Source: Antedon mediterranea
Taxonomy: Eukaryota; Animalia; Echinodermata
DNA length: 64,000 bases
Direction of reading: 5' to 3'
Assembly: GCF_964355755.1 (NCBI RefSeq)
Contig: NC_092676.1
Coordinates: 2,919,788 to 2,983,787 of the forward strand
The notes beneath the pieces were generated by a model. The model was not told the DNA's origin, did not search any database, and saw nothing but the letters and a program-made list of their open reading frames with translations. Shown here one piece after another: positions 1-11,213 of the stretch (positions are counted from its first letter, which is position 1; each line of letters begins with the position of its first letter). The translations under genes were made by a program, and so were the position numbers.

Positions 1-3000
1 CAATCATTTGCGCTTCATCCAGGCACACTCTCCACCATTCCACAAACGGCAAGGGGCTAGGTGTCGCCATGTAACGCTTAGCATGCCGAAGCTTACGTCC
101 TGCATTATCTTTAAAAAGCAACAAACATTCTTGCTACATTCTTTGTATATATGTCTTTTTTATTTTATACAAAAGAAAATTTGTTTCTAAGTTTTCTGTA
201 TCAGTGTATATATCTTTCAAATGTATGCTTTTATTTTTCTGTATATATGTTATACCTTTTCTTTACTTTTAAACCTGGACCATTTTAAAAGTAGTACTAC
301 ATTACTGAATATGCAATCCAGTCAAAAGAAAACAGAAAAATATATAAATGTTTGTTTATTACAGTAGTCTAAATGTGTTATAAAAAAAATGCGGAATATT
401 TATGGAGAGAATATAACTTGAAAGATGGCCTGGTTTAACAAAGAGGACTTATTTACCATTACAGTGAGGTAGATCAACATAGTGTAGTTCTGAGCTCAAC
501 TTATCATATGTTGTCAGCACTATGTCATAGGATGCCAACTCTTTTGGTTGAATATAACCATGCTTCTTGATTCCTTTGTACACCTAATAACAAAAGAAGA
601 AACGCAAAAACAACTGCAATTTGAGATATGTAAAATAGTATAAATAACCACGGCAGGATGCTCTGGAGATCAAAGGGTTTATCTGTGGCTGCGACACGAT
701 CAGTTCCATGCTCCGTAACAGACACCGCATGCTGCAGAGATTTTGTCCATAGTACAGTACTGTTGGTATTTGTCACAGCCAGACATAAGATCAAAGAACT
801 GTTAAGAGTTCCTATCTTGGCAAGGCTAGTTTAGTGTCCTGTTGTTGCCTTGAACTAACAGAGGCTAAATAATGCAATCTGTTGTGACAACAAGTTCTAG
901 GGTGTTTGGTTCAAATCTGTGCAACCCTGTTTAAAAAATGAAATATCAAGGGGAATTGGGACTTGCTTCCTTGCTTGATACCAGGCTCCGCAGCTAACCA
1001 ATATGCATACCCTATGACCTACAAGGTTGAGGTTACACAAGAAATACACATAAGAATCGGAGGTCCTCAGTGTCTCTTCTTGTTTTGGAGTGCACACTAT
1101 CTGAAAAAAGAATTTGATGGCACGTAGCGAGTGGCCGAGCGGTTAAGACAGTGGAACCGTAATCACGTAGCCATAACATCGGCAGGGGTTCGAGGCTCAC
1201 TCACTCCATGGTTCTGGTGGTAGAACGAGTCTTCTCGGATAAGGACTATAAACCGTAGGTCCAGTGTGCACAACTTGCTCGTGTGCACTTTAAAGAACCT
1301 AGTACATCTTTCGAGATGAGTAGGGGGTTACCCCAGTGTATTAGTACATCACAGCCACTGATCACCAACTGGGCCCTCTGGGAGATCAGTCTTTGACTGA
1401 AGAGGTTACCCAGTATAAAGATAAAACAAACAAACAAACAAACAAAGAAACCAATACTTACCAACATCTTAATTGCGGAGAGATTCACATGGCGGTTGAT
1501 CTCATCTACCCACTGGTGGCATATGGCTGCTGGTGTGACAATTAGAGTAGCAGACGATTTTACTGCATCCTGGAAAGAGATAACATCATTTCTTAAAATT
1601 GGAACATTTTCAATGTAAAGCCTTGTCTACACTAAGTGACAAATGTGATGTGCCCATATATGGACATGATGATGTCATATCACTACCATATTTAAGCATA
1701 TCATTACCATACTTGGGCACATCAACAGCAACATTTTTTTTGTCAAACTAGTTTGATAATGTAGACAGAGCATGATAAAATGATTATTATATTCTAAATG
1801 TGATTAACAATATTTATTTCTTCGTCAAAATGAAAAGATTAAAAAAATTATTATATGTATTTGGTCTACACTTTTAAAATTTACGTGTATGTGATGTGCC
1901 CATACATGAATATGTAATATCACGAATATGTAATATCACTACCACATTTGGCCATATCACCACCATATTTGGGCACATCACACTTTTTTTGTCAAAGTAG
2001 TTTGATAGTGTAGACAGAGCTTTAGAAGAATTGCCAAATTAAATATACAAAAAAAAAAAAATCATTTCTTACTATTAACGACCAACAATGTGGACATTGG
2101 TAGTCTTGTTTGTCCAGTATGTCTGTATCCATGTTGACGCATTTAGTATGTTGCCACACTTTGCACCTAACACACTGCACAACTAAATCAGAATAATCCT
2201 CTTGCATACCGCAAAGACACTGCAGTATTCTGGGCTCCCCAGTAACGGCAGTTTCACAAGACTTCTTAGTATTCTTTGGTTTATGACGTTTGTCTGGAAT
2301 GGCTGCTTCACCATCAGTATCTGATGTTTCTTCATCGCTACAACTGCTAATCTCTGTGTGTTCTCCAGCTGGTTCACCATCACACATTGGTACATCAAGA
2401 CTGGTTGTGGTTGAGTCAGCATTACACATTGGTACATCACGATTGGTTGTGGTTGAGTCACCATTAGACATTGGTACATCATGATTGGTTGTGGTTGAGT
2501 CAGCATTACACATTGGTACATCACGATCGGGTGTGATTGAGTCAGCATTACACATTGGTACATCAAGATTGGTCGTTGTTGAGTCAATATTGCAGATGGG
2601 TTTACTAGTTTCAGTTGATGAACCACTGTTTAGCTTACCAGTACCAGCTGGTTCATCTGTACTAGTTGGTTTACCAGTACCAGCTGGTTCTCCATTGACA
2701 GTTTCAATCAACATCTGTGATAGTTCACTTTCTTCTTTTGGTTCCGTAAAAATCTCTATTAATGATTCTACATCTGTTCCGAGGTCTTTCTCATTATCAC
2801 ATTTTCTTAAGCTGCCATTTACTTCTGGATTTGGCGAGCAATGTCTCTTGTGGTTTAGTATCAACGCTAGTACTTCTACCGTTTTTCCAAGTCCCATTTC
2901 ATCAGCAAGAATGCCACCGGGGAACGACTGTGGTTGGAGGAACTTTACACGTGTAAATCTAAATGCAATAAAAAAAAAGGCTCATTAATTTCCTTAATCT

Positions 3001-5168
3001 GTGGAAAAGAATCACGGTCATCAGATTTGAATTAGGAATATAATCATTATAACCCTTACTCACCAGCGGCAACAAAGGTCACTGCCACAGAATATTAATC
3101 AGTCTTTTGACCTTTGACACGTATTACATGATACAGTATCACATGCGAAAACTGTATTATATAGTATTTTTAAGATTAGGTTACGGCTAAAGAAAAAAGA
3201 TGTTATGGGACGCTGTGCTTAGGAAATGTCCCATGATACTATGTAATTTCCCATGACATTTGCCTAGATACACCAATAGAATCGGATATCAACATATTGT
3301 AACAAAACTTACATTCCACTATTAGCATTGTAATATAGAGGAGAACCATCCAGTTTAGTCCAAAGGCAATGTAACTCTAAAAAGATAGAAATTGTATCTC
3401 AAGTTTATCAGATAAAACTACTGTACTACATTTCATTCTTATAATCTGTCTACACTATCAAACTTTGTGACAACAAATGTGATGTGCCCATATATGGACA
3501 TGATGTTGACATATCACTACTTTTTTTTTGTCAAACTAGTTTGATAGTGTAGACAAAGCTTTAAATAAATTCAGAATAAATAATAAAATGTAGTAGTTTT
3601 ATCTGATAAGCTTTGTTTGGGTAATTACACAAACTGTTTATTACCATGGTTACTGCCTCACAAATGTCTACATAGAAACAAACAAAGCTTTGCATTATTG
3701 CAGTAAAACAATGCAGTTACTGCAGTAACTATGATCCCTTAAATCAGAATTTATAATGTAATGTAATTTCCATTGTTCTGCATGAATGAATAGGTGTCAT
3801 TTCAATTTTTTAATTCATTTATTTTTTATTTACCATTTTCTTTTGTTTTATCATTTATTAGTTTTTCTTTTTTGATCATCCACTGGACGGCTTCTTTCTG
3901 ATATTCTCTCAGCTTAGGAACAAGTTTATCGTGTTGAACATCTCCTATAGAGTAAAGCCATGATTTGTCTTCTTCTTTGTGAAATTTTCGGACAAATTTA
4001 AAGACATCGTCAAAATCCTGACGTTGTCTTATTACACATCCTGTGGAATCTAAAAAGAGAATTTATGATTTGCAGACAATTGTTTGTAAATGTGCCCAAA
4101 TATGGTAGTGATATGACATCGTCATGTCCATATATGGGCACATCACATTTTTATGGCACATAAAGTTTGATATGTTCTATCAAAAATAAACAAATATATA
4201 TTATTTTAGAGGAATTTGATTTGTGTATTTAAGTAAAGTAATTATAGGAAATTTGGACATTATTATACAAGAAGGTTAAAGTCTTTGACAGTGAGCTTTC
4301 TAGGACTGTTTCATTAGTTTGTAGGAGTTTAAAAAATTAATAGGTCTCTTCTCAAAGGGATAAGGCCAATGTCGGTTTATTAAAATATATCACCTTCAAT
4401 ATGAATTCCTCGCAACCATTCCATGACACTCTGTGTACACTTTTGGAAATGCGTCAGTTTGCTGGATTCAGCAGCAAACTTTGGCGTTTTCAACGCCACT
4501 TCACCTATCCAGACTTCAAGATCCAAAGACGATTTCGAAGCGCAATACTCCCCCTTTGTCACACTGAAGTGTTTGCCTCTACCGACACGGCAGACAACCT
4601 CTAACCCGTCTATGTAAGCATCCTTCGTAACACTCTCAATCCCAGCATCAAAACAAATGTACGGGCCACCAAAGTTAACGTTTTCATTATTTGAATCGCT
4701 GTCGAAAACTACATAAAATTTTTGTTTTGTATTTTCTGTGATTGTGAACAAGGAAAAATTGTTATGAGATGGTAGCGTTTTCGGTAATAAATCAGGTGGT
4801 GAATCCTCTAGAGGGCAGTCTTCATCGGTTTTCAAAGAATGTGGACTTAATTGAAGACTGAACGTTCCTATTTTGAATATGCTTTTGGGTGGAGATTTAT
4901 CATGGATTGTTATGCTATAATCAGAAATGTCCCATAATGCTTTGTACTGTTGAAAACTTATTTCATGTGGATGAAGCACTTGTAGCTGTTGATTGCTAAT
5001 TTGCATATTGGTCAGTGAGAATGGATCATTAGTGTGAGCTTCATTTTCAACTTCATCAATGGTGGATGTTGCTGGTGCTAGGTTGCCACTTAAGTGCAAA
5101 TTCCACGAAAGGCATGACCGTTTTTCATCAGCCATGCGAACTGGAACTTTCTTGCGTTTACGTGGCAT
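1..5168 (-). CDS. SHPRH: E3 ubiquitin-protein ligase SHPRH (SNF2 helicase/PHD/RING), 5' portion; gene continues beyond window start
   Basis: Frame-consistent GT-AG exons: 5168-4394, 4049-3834 (VQHDKLVPKLREYQKEAVQWM), 3376-3313 (LHCLW..LYYN), 2958-2073 (GGILADEMGLGKTVE = SNF2 motif I, then a C4HC3 PHD finger), 1569-1462 (ATLIVTPAAICHQWVDEINRHV), 583-457 (VYKGIKKHGYIQP..DIVLTTYD) and 108-1 (RYMATPSPL..WWRVCLDEAQMI, motif II). These motifs match SHPRH orthologues. Confidence 0.93.
1124..1445 (+). mobile_element. tRNA-derived SINE with Deu/Nin-like central domain, in SHPRH intron
   Basis: A box TGGCCGAGCGG (~1132) and B box GGTTCGAGGC (~1187). The core CGGATAAGGACTATAAACCGTAGGTCC...TAAAGAACC...GAGTAGGGGGTTACCCC resembles the Deu/Nin domain. 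Ends in an (AAAC)n tail. Confidence 0.8.
1619..1771. mobile_element. MITE family A copy (Harbinger/Tourist-like)
   Basis: Degenerate TIR AGCTCTGTCTACACTATCAAAC with an internal CACTACCATATTTGGGCAT motif. Further partial copies at ~1885-2021, 3443-3561, 4088-4171 and 8382-8466. Confidence 0.7.
2372..2600 (-). repeat. Coding minisatellite, 42-bp unit (14 aa, DVPMCNADSTTTN[H/R/L]), ~5 copies inside a SHPRH exon
   Basis: Repeated CATTACACATTGGTACATCACGATTGGTTGTGGTTGAGTCAG, visible in the translated ORF 2022..2897. Confidence 0.9.
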
Positions 5169-5179
5169 CTTGCAATCTG

Positions 5180-5660
5180 CTGAATAAAAGATATATGTAT
5201 TTATCTTGACATAGAAATGAATGAAAGCGCGCCGTTAGGTCTACTACTACTACTGCTGTACTGTCTTACTTAACACTGAGAGGCTGGGCAGTGTTAGTTA
5301 GACTAGAGTAGAGTAGGCCTAGGCTAGGCTAGCTAGGCTAGTCTAAGGAATAAGAGAGTACTTTCTAGTTGCAGCAGCTGGCGAGCTAGGCCTAGCTAGG
5401 CTACTCTATCTAACACTGCCCTGTTTTCGGTTGTTTATGCTTGTTTTCGGTTGTTTTTAATAATTAGACTGACCCGTTTTTACAGTAATGTCGTTGTTGT
5501 CGTGTCGTGTGCGCCTCTCTCTCTCTGCATCAGTGCATCTCTTCGCGCGTTCGACATGCATGACTTGACCTTATTTACATATCATGTAAACATTAGCAAC
5601 GTGGAACACGGAGAGAGAAGAAAAGGTGGAGGATCATAAGCCTAGCTAGCCTAGGTTTGA
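5180..5660. promoter_or_regulatory. Probable SHPRH first intron / promoter region
   Basis: Tandem acceptor (TTCAG/CAG on the minus strand, 5177-5181) just upstream of the ATG. CpG-richer segment at ~5490-5560 flanked by CTAG/AGGCCT-rich tracts. The TSS cannot be determined. Confidence 0.4.
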
Positions 5661-6259
5661 ATTAATGGTAGGTTGAAACGATATACAATAACAATTTTTC
5701 GGTATAGTAATAATTTGTTTATTCTAACTAGAAATGATAAAGGAATCCATGAAAAATTCTTGTAGCCTTGGCTATTTTAGCATAGGTTTAGATAGTGTAT
5801 GTAGTTATGTACAATGTAGGCCCAGCCTGGCTGGCTAGATAGATAGGGCTAGGCCGCAGTGTACTGTAGTGTGTCTAAGTCTAGATTTTAAGATCAAACT
5901 TTGCCAAAAAGAAAAATCTTCCCTCTAGGCCTTCCCTCTAGGCAATAGCGAGTAAAGATGACTGGTAAGAAAAGCCGACCTAAAACCCATGCCTTGTCGT
6001 TAGTTTTACGAATTCTGTGATACAAATGTTGAAATTTGAATAATAAAATAACTTCTAGTTGTTCATAACTGTAATGAGGATACACTGGATTTTAACAGGT
6101 TAATATAGATCCTTATTTTATATCATGGAGGTATAATATTTTTATACCTCCATGCTTATATTATTAATAAAATAAAGCACCTGCTTGTGTTGCCCGAAAG
6201 CTCTGCTAACTTTTCTGTCTGTTTTACTTTATCGTTTTGATTTAGCGTTTCGCTTTTTT

Positions 6260-6795
6260 TTTGTATCTTCATTGAGATCCAGCCACTGATACCCACAGCA
6301 TTGTCATTTTTTCAGTGCTTATTTTATTTTGTATCTCCATTGAGATCCAGCCACTGATACCCACAGCATTGTCATTTTTTCAGTGCTTATTTTATTTTGT
6401 ATCTCTCCATTGAGATCCAGCCACTGATACCCACAGCATTGTCATTTTTTCAGTGCTTATTTTATTTTGTATCTCCATTGAGATCCAGCCACTGATACCC
6501 ACAGCATTGTCATTTTTTCAGTGCTTATTTTATTTTGTATCTCCATTGAGATCCAGCCACTGATACCCACAGCATTGTCATTTTTTCAGTGCTTATTTTA
6601 TTTTGTATCTCCATTGAGATCCAGCCACTGATACCCACAGCATTGTCATTTTTTCAGTGCTTATTTTATTTTGTATCTCCATTGAGATCCAGCCACTGAT
6701 ACCCACAGCATTGTCATTTTTTCAGTGCTTATTTTATTTTGTATCTCCATTGAGATCCAGTCACTGATACCCACAGCATTGTCATTTTTTCAGTA
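6260..6795. repeat. Tandem repeat, 68-bp unit, ~8 near-identical copies
   Basis: Unit CCATTGAGATCCAGCCACTGATACCCACAGCATTGTCATTTTTTCAGTGCTTATTTTATTTTGTATCT. Confidence 0.95.
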
Positions 6796-7904
6796 ATTTG
6801 CTTTTAGATTTATATATAATTATATACTTTTACTTTAAAAATTACTGCATTTTTAATTTAGAAATTACTGCATTTTTCCATTTTGTTAATCTTGTTTGTT
6901 TATTTTTTTTTTATAAAAAAAATAAACAAGATTAATCTTCAGCGTATGCCCATAATCACAATTTACATAACCTTTTCTTCTTTGATGTAATTAAAAAAGA
7001 TGTTTGCCTCCCTCTATAGTACATTTAGATTTTGTTCACAGCTTTACAAGACTAAATAATAATGGGGGAAAGAGGTTTCTCAAATGAACATTTTCAATAA
7101 TCAAAACAAATCTGTGTCTTTGAATACTGTGAATTTATCAATCTAGGTTGTTTATATTTGACTGTATTTTTTATTGGCCTTTACTGCTGATACAGAAAAC
7201 ACACAAATGGCTACGAAAATATTCATAACTTAATCTTAGATTATTGTTAGAAGCAGTTAATAGTTAAACTATTGTAGTTTAATTATTAACAGAATCATAC
7301 ACCTTTTAAAAATTAATTTCCTAATTCATTTTTTATGCGATATTTAAGTTTTAATAATAAAAAGAAATTAAATAAAAACATGATACTTCATTGACTGACA
7401 AAGCTTTGTTTTTCTAAACTCAACTTTTGTAATTATATAATTAATGATTTCATCATATTATGTAATGATAATAATCAGCTTAAGCGTGTGCTTAGAACGA
7501 AGGTTAGCGCCTGTAAACGCAGCTTATTACCAAGTTTCATATCAAATTCTAATGTAGAATAATCTCTAATATTACTAACATTTATTTCAATTAGCCTATT
7601 GTCGTTTATAGAGTTTTATCTTCATTAGTTTAAAATGAGTATCATTATTATTATTATGGGTTAAAATCAAGCGGAAATATGAATTCATTGATGTAAAATT
7701 AATATAAATCACTAAGGAAAAGAAAGCTAATAAATAGTGAAATTGATAATTAAAGTTGTACTCTCGCATTAAGAAACATTCACTTTCATTCTATCATAAT
7801 TTGTAATGGTTTCATAGATTATAAACAATCTTCAATTTGAGATTAACCTTGAATTTGTTGTTTCTATGTTAGAGTAGAGAACATTACATGTATATATATC
7901 TACT

Positions 7905-8265
7905 CTTCCAGTTAAAACCTCCAGTTAGAGTCGTCTTCAGTTAAAAACCGCCCTCCAGTTAGAGACCCCTTCAGTTAAAACCTCTGTCTAATTAGAGACC
8001 GTTCAGTTAAAAACTCCCTCCAGTTAGAGACTTATTCAGTTAAAACCTCCCTCCAGATAGAGACCTCTTTAGTGATTAAGACCTCTGTCCAGTTAGAAAC
8101 CCTTCAGTTAAAAACTCCCTCCAGTTAGAGACCCCTTCAGTTAAAACCTCCTTCAAGATAGAGACTCTTTCAGTTAAACCTCTCTCCAGTTAGAGACCCC
8201 TTCAGTTAAAACCTCCCTCCAGTTAGAGACCCCTTCAGTTAAACCTCCTTCCAATTAGAGACTTT
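7905..8265. repeat. Degenerate tandem repeat, ~33-bp unit, ~10 copies
   Basis: Unit CAGTTAAAACCTCCCTCCAGTTAGAGACCCCTT. Confidence 0.85.
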
Positions 8266-8519
8266 CTTCATAAAACATCTTTTATTTAAAAATAAAAAAT
8301 TAATAAAGCACAGTTCCAATATGGTCCTTATTTTCTAAAGCTGCATTACAAATACAAATAGAATCAAAGTTTCCCCTTAATGGTCTGTTTACACTATCAA
8401 ACTTCATGTGACAATCCATATATGGACATTTTTTGTCAAACTAGTTGGATAGTGTAGACTGAGCTTAATAGGGGTTAGTTGTTTTAAACCATTTGCTGTC
8501 CTTCCTTAGTTTCACAGGA

Positions 8520-8695
8520 AAGTGTCCCCTTAAAAGGGATGTCCGCTGAACAGAGGTGCCCCCCGAACAGGTGTCCCCTTAATAGGGGTGTCCCCTGAAT
8601 AGAGTTGCCCCCCGAACAGGTGTCCCCTTAATATGGGTGTCCCCTTAATAGGGGTGTCCCCTGAATAGAGGTGCCCCAAAGGTGCGGTTTTACTG
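8520..8695. repeat. GTGTCCCCTTAATAGGG-type repeats, remnant of a pogo/Tigger-like MITE
   Basis: Multiple GTGTCCCCT(T/G)AA(T/C)AG(A/G)G units ending in GGTTTTACTG. The same motif occurs in the TA-flanked CAGT...ACTG element at 58334-58535. Confidence 0.55.
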
Positions 8696-9982
8696 TTTTT
8701 TTTTATTACTACTACTAGTAACTACTTGAGTGTGACAATCATAACTTGGCAATTACCTATCAATATTCTAAGGGAAGGATGTTGTTAAATTGTTTATTTA
8801 TATTCTTATTTCATTTATATAATCTATTAACACATGTTCTGTTTAATAATGTGATTTGCGTTGTTTATACAGGTGTTTTTTAAACACATATGTTGCAGTA
8901 ATGTCAATACAGAATTACTTTAATATTTGATTTCACATAAATAAACAAAAATAATTGAAACATTAATTTTTAAATTATATTAATTTTCCATAAATTTCAG
9001 AGTTTTTGAAGTTGGTGAAACTTATGGACTAATTATATCATGATTTTGTAATGTGATGTTTTGGTTTTTATCGCAAGCACTAACGCTATTCCATATGTTA
9101 ACTAAACGACATGATGTGACCTTTAATTTGTTGTGGGTAATCCCCCGTCTAATGACACGCTTGAGTGAGCAGATCAAACAGAGAATATTGCTGACATAGG
9201 CGATAAACGAACCATATGGTTGGATATCGAGAAACCTTTATAGAATGTCATTAGTGACTGCTTTCACTTGCTGTCAGATTATACTTGTCTATGGGTCATT
9301 CCATCTCAGTTCACCCAAAAAAAATGGAATTTTAAACCCTACCTCTTCCAATTTTGATGAAATTTGGTATATGGGTGATTCATAGCAATTAAAACCAAAT
9401 TTTCAAATTTTAACCTTATCGGACCAACGGTTTTCGAGATATCGCAATTTCAATTTTCGGTTTTTACGCAAAAAAGCGCGCGGCCGCCACGTTTCAAAGA
9501 GCTGTATCTCGGGAACTATAGGTTCGATTTTAAAAACAAAGGTATTTTTGTAAAGGGGAGACCATAAGGAACCTAAATATACTAATTGTGTGTGTTTTAT
9601 GTTAATTTTAAGTTGAATAAAACTTTGACATATATTTTGACCTTGAAATTGACCCCGTGGAACACGCCCAATTTGTTGGTGACTATCACGAAAAATGTAG
9701 CCCTACGTGTCAACTACAACATATAAAAAAATTGGAGGGGTTTTTTTCTTTGTTTCCATGAAATTACAATTTGAAGTTGACATACCTCTTCCTTTTAGTG
9801 TATTTTTGGTGTTGTTATACTTATACACAGTGTGAACACTAACTGTTAAGGTGTCTTATTGTTACGCTTTCTCATCAGGCCCACTTAAACAGTAGATATA
9901 TTTTGATATGAGAAATACTGGGTAACTCACATACTTTTAAAATCAATTTTGACACATAGTTTAGTGTCCTTACTATGTTATT

Positions 9983-11213
9983 ATGCACATTAACATATGC
10001 ATAATAAGTGATTGCAGAGAACATACAACAGTTACTGTATATGCCTTTTTAAAGGTTGTCATCCCCTATAGAAAAACAAAACTACCAACCATGAAAAAAG
10101 TTCATTATTTCACAGATGGATGTGGCGGCCAATACAAAAACAAATATAACTTTATTAACCTTTGCCACCACCAGGAAGATTTTGGTTTAGACGCCGAGTG
10201 GAATTTTTTTGCTACATCACATGGCAAGAGTGCGTGTGATGGCATAGGTGGAACCGTTAAGAGGCTTGTCACTATGAGAAGCTTACAGCGTTTGACTGAA
10301 TGTCATATTATCACATCTCTCAGTATGTTCGACTACTGTGTAATTTTTTATTTTTATTTTATGTCTTTAGGCAATGTGGCCAAGGATTACCAATAGTGAA
10401 TTAATCACTGTCCTATCAGATAGGTGGTAATCCCCCTGATACAGGGGCTATTGTGTGAACCAGTTCACCGGGGTAACCCCCTACTCTTTTTCAAATAATG
10501 AACTGGGTTCTTTAAAGTACACACATGTTATAACTGTGTACACTGGACCTACGGTTTATAGTCCTTATCCGAGAAGACTTGTTCCACCACCAGAACTAGG
10601 AGCGAGTCGGCCTCGAACCCTTGCCGATGTTGTTGTTGGCTCTTTTAGGTACGGTAAACGGCGCCCCTGCCTTAACCGCTCGGCCATATGACTCGCTCAT
10701 ATGGACATTCCAGGCATCAACTTTTTTCATGAGGGAATAGATGAGGTATCTACTGTGGAAAAAGAAATAAAGCTGAGATTCAACCTCGCCCAGACCATCA
10801 AGGGTACATTACAATATCATCGCTTTGTTCCCGTTTCTCTGGCACAGATGCAGGTCTACAAACTTAGTACCCAGATAAACCCTCCGGATGTGGTAGTGAT
10901 TCAAGAATCTTTCAGTGATGAAAATGAAATTGTTGCTGATACACAACCCACCATTATTAGACTTCAGAATTTTGTGTGCTGTAGTTATGATGGTGTCCCA
11001 TGGATTGGTTTGGTGGTGGATGTCTCACTCTCAGAAGAGTTTGGGGATTTTCAAATTAAATTTATGCATCCTCATGGGTCAGCGAAAACCTTTTATTGGC
11101 CCTCCAAAGAAGACTGTTGTTGGATTCCTGAATCAAATGTACATTGTATTATAGCCTCTCCGTTTATAAAATCCTCTTCGACTAGGAATTACAGTATTTC
11201 CCAAAATGAGTAA
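9983..11213 (+). pseudogene. C-terminal part of a Sola2-type DDD transposase, split by a SINE
   Basis: Contains HYFTDGCGGQYKN...WNFFATSHGKSACDGIGGTVKR. Removing 10343-10700 joins ..MFDYCV to MDIPGINFF.. in frame. The N-terminal half is absent. Confidence 0.8.
10343..10698 (-). mobile_element. tRNA-derived Deu/Nin-type SINE inserted in the transposase
   Basis: The minus strand has TGGCCGAGCGGTTAAG (A box), GGTTCGAGGC (B box), the same core as the 1124-1445 SINE, and an A-rich tail. Confidence 0.85.

Noticed and set aside
2183-2988. Overlapping alternative-frame and antisense ORFs in the SHPRH exon
   Set aside because: Explained by the 42-bp coding repeat and codon bias of the real exon.
6260-6795. 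CRISPR-like regular array
   Set aside because: Units are contiguous and near-identical with no unique spacers, and the context is eukaryotic with no cas genes. The same applies to 18339-18808 and 28435-29147.
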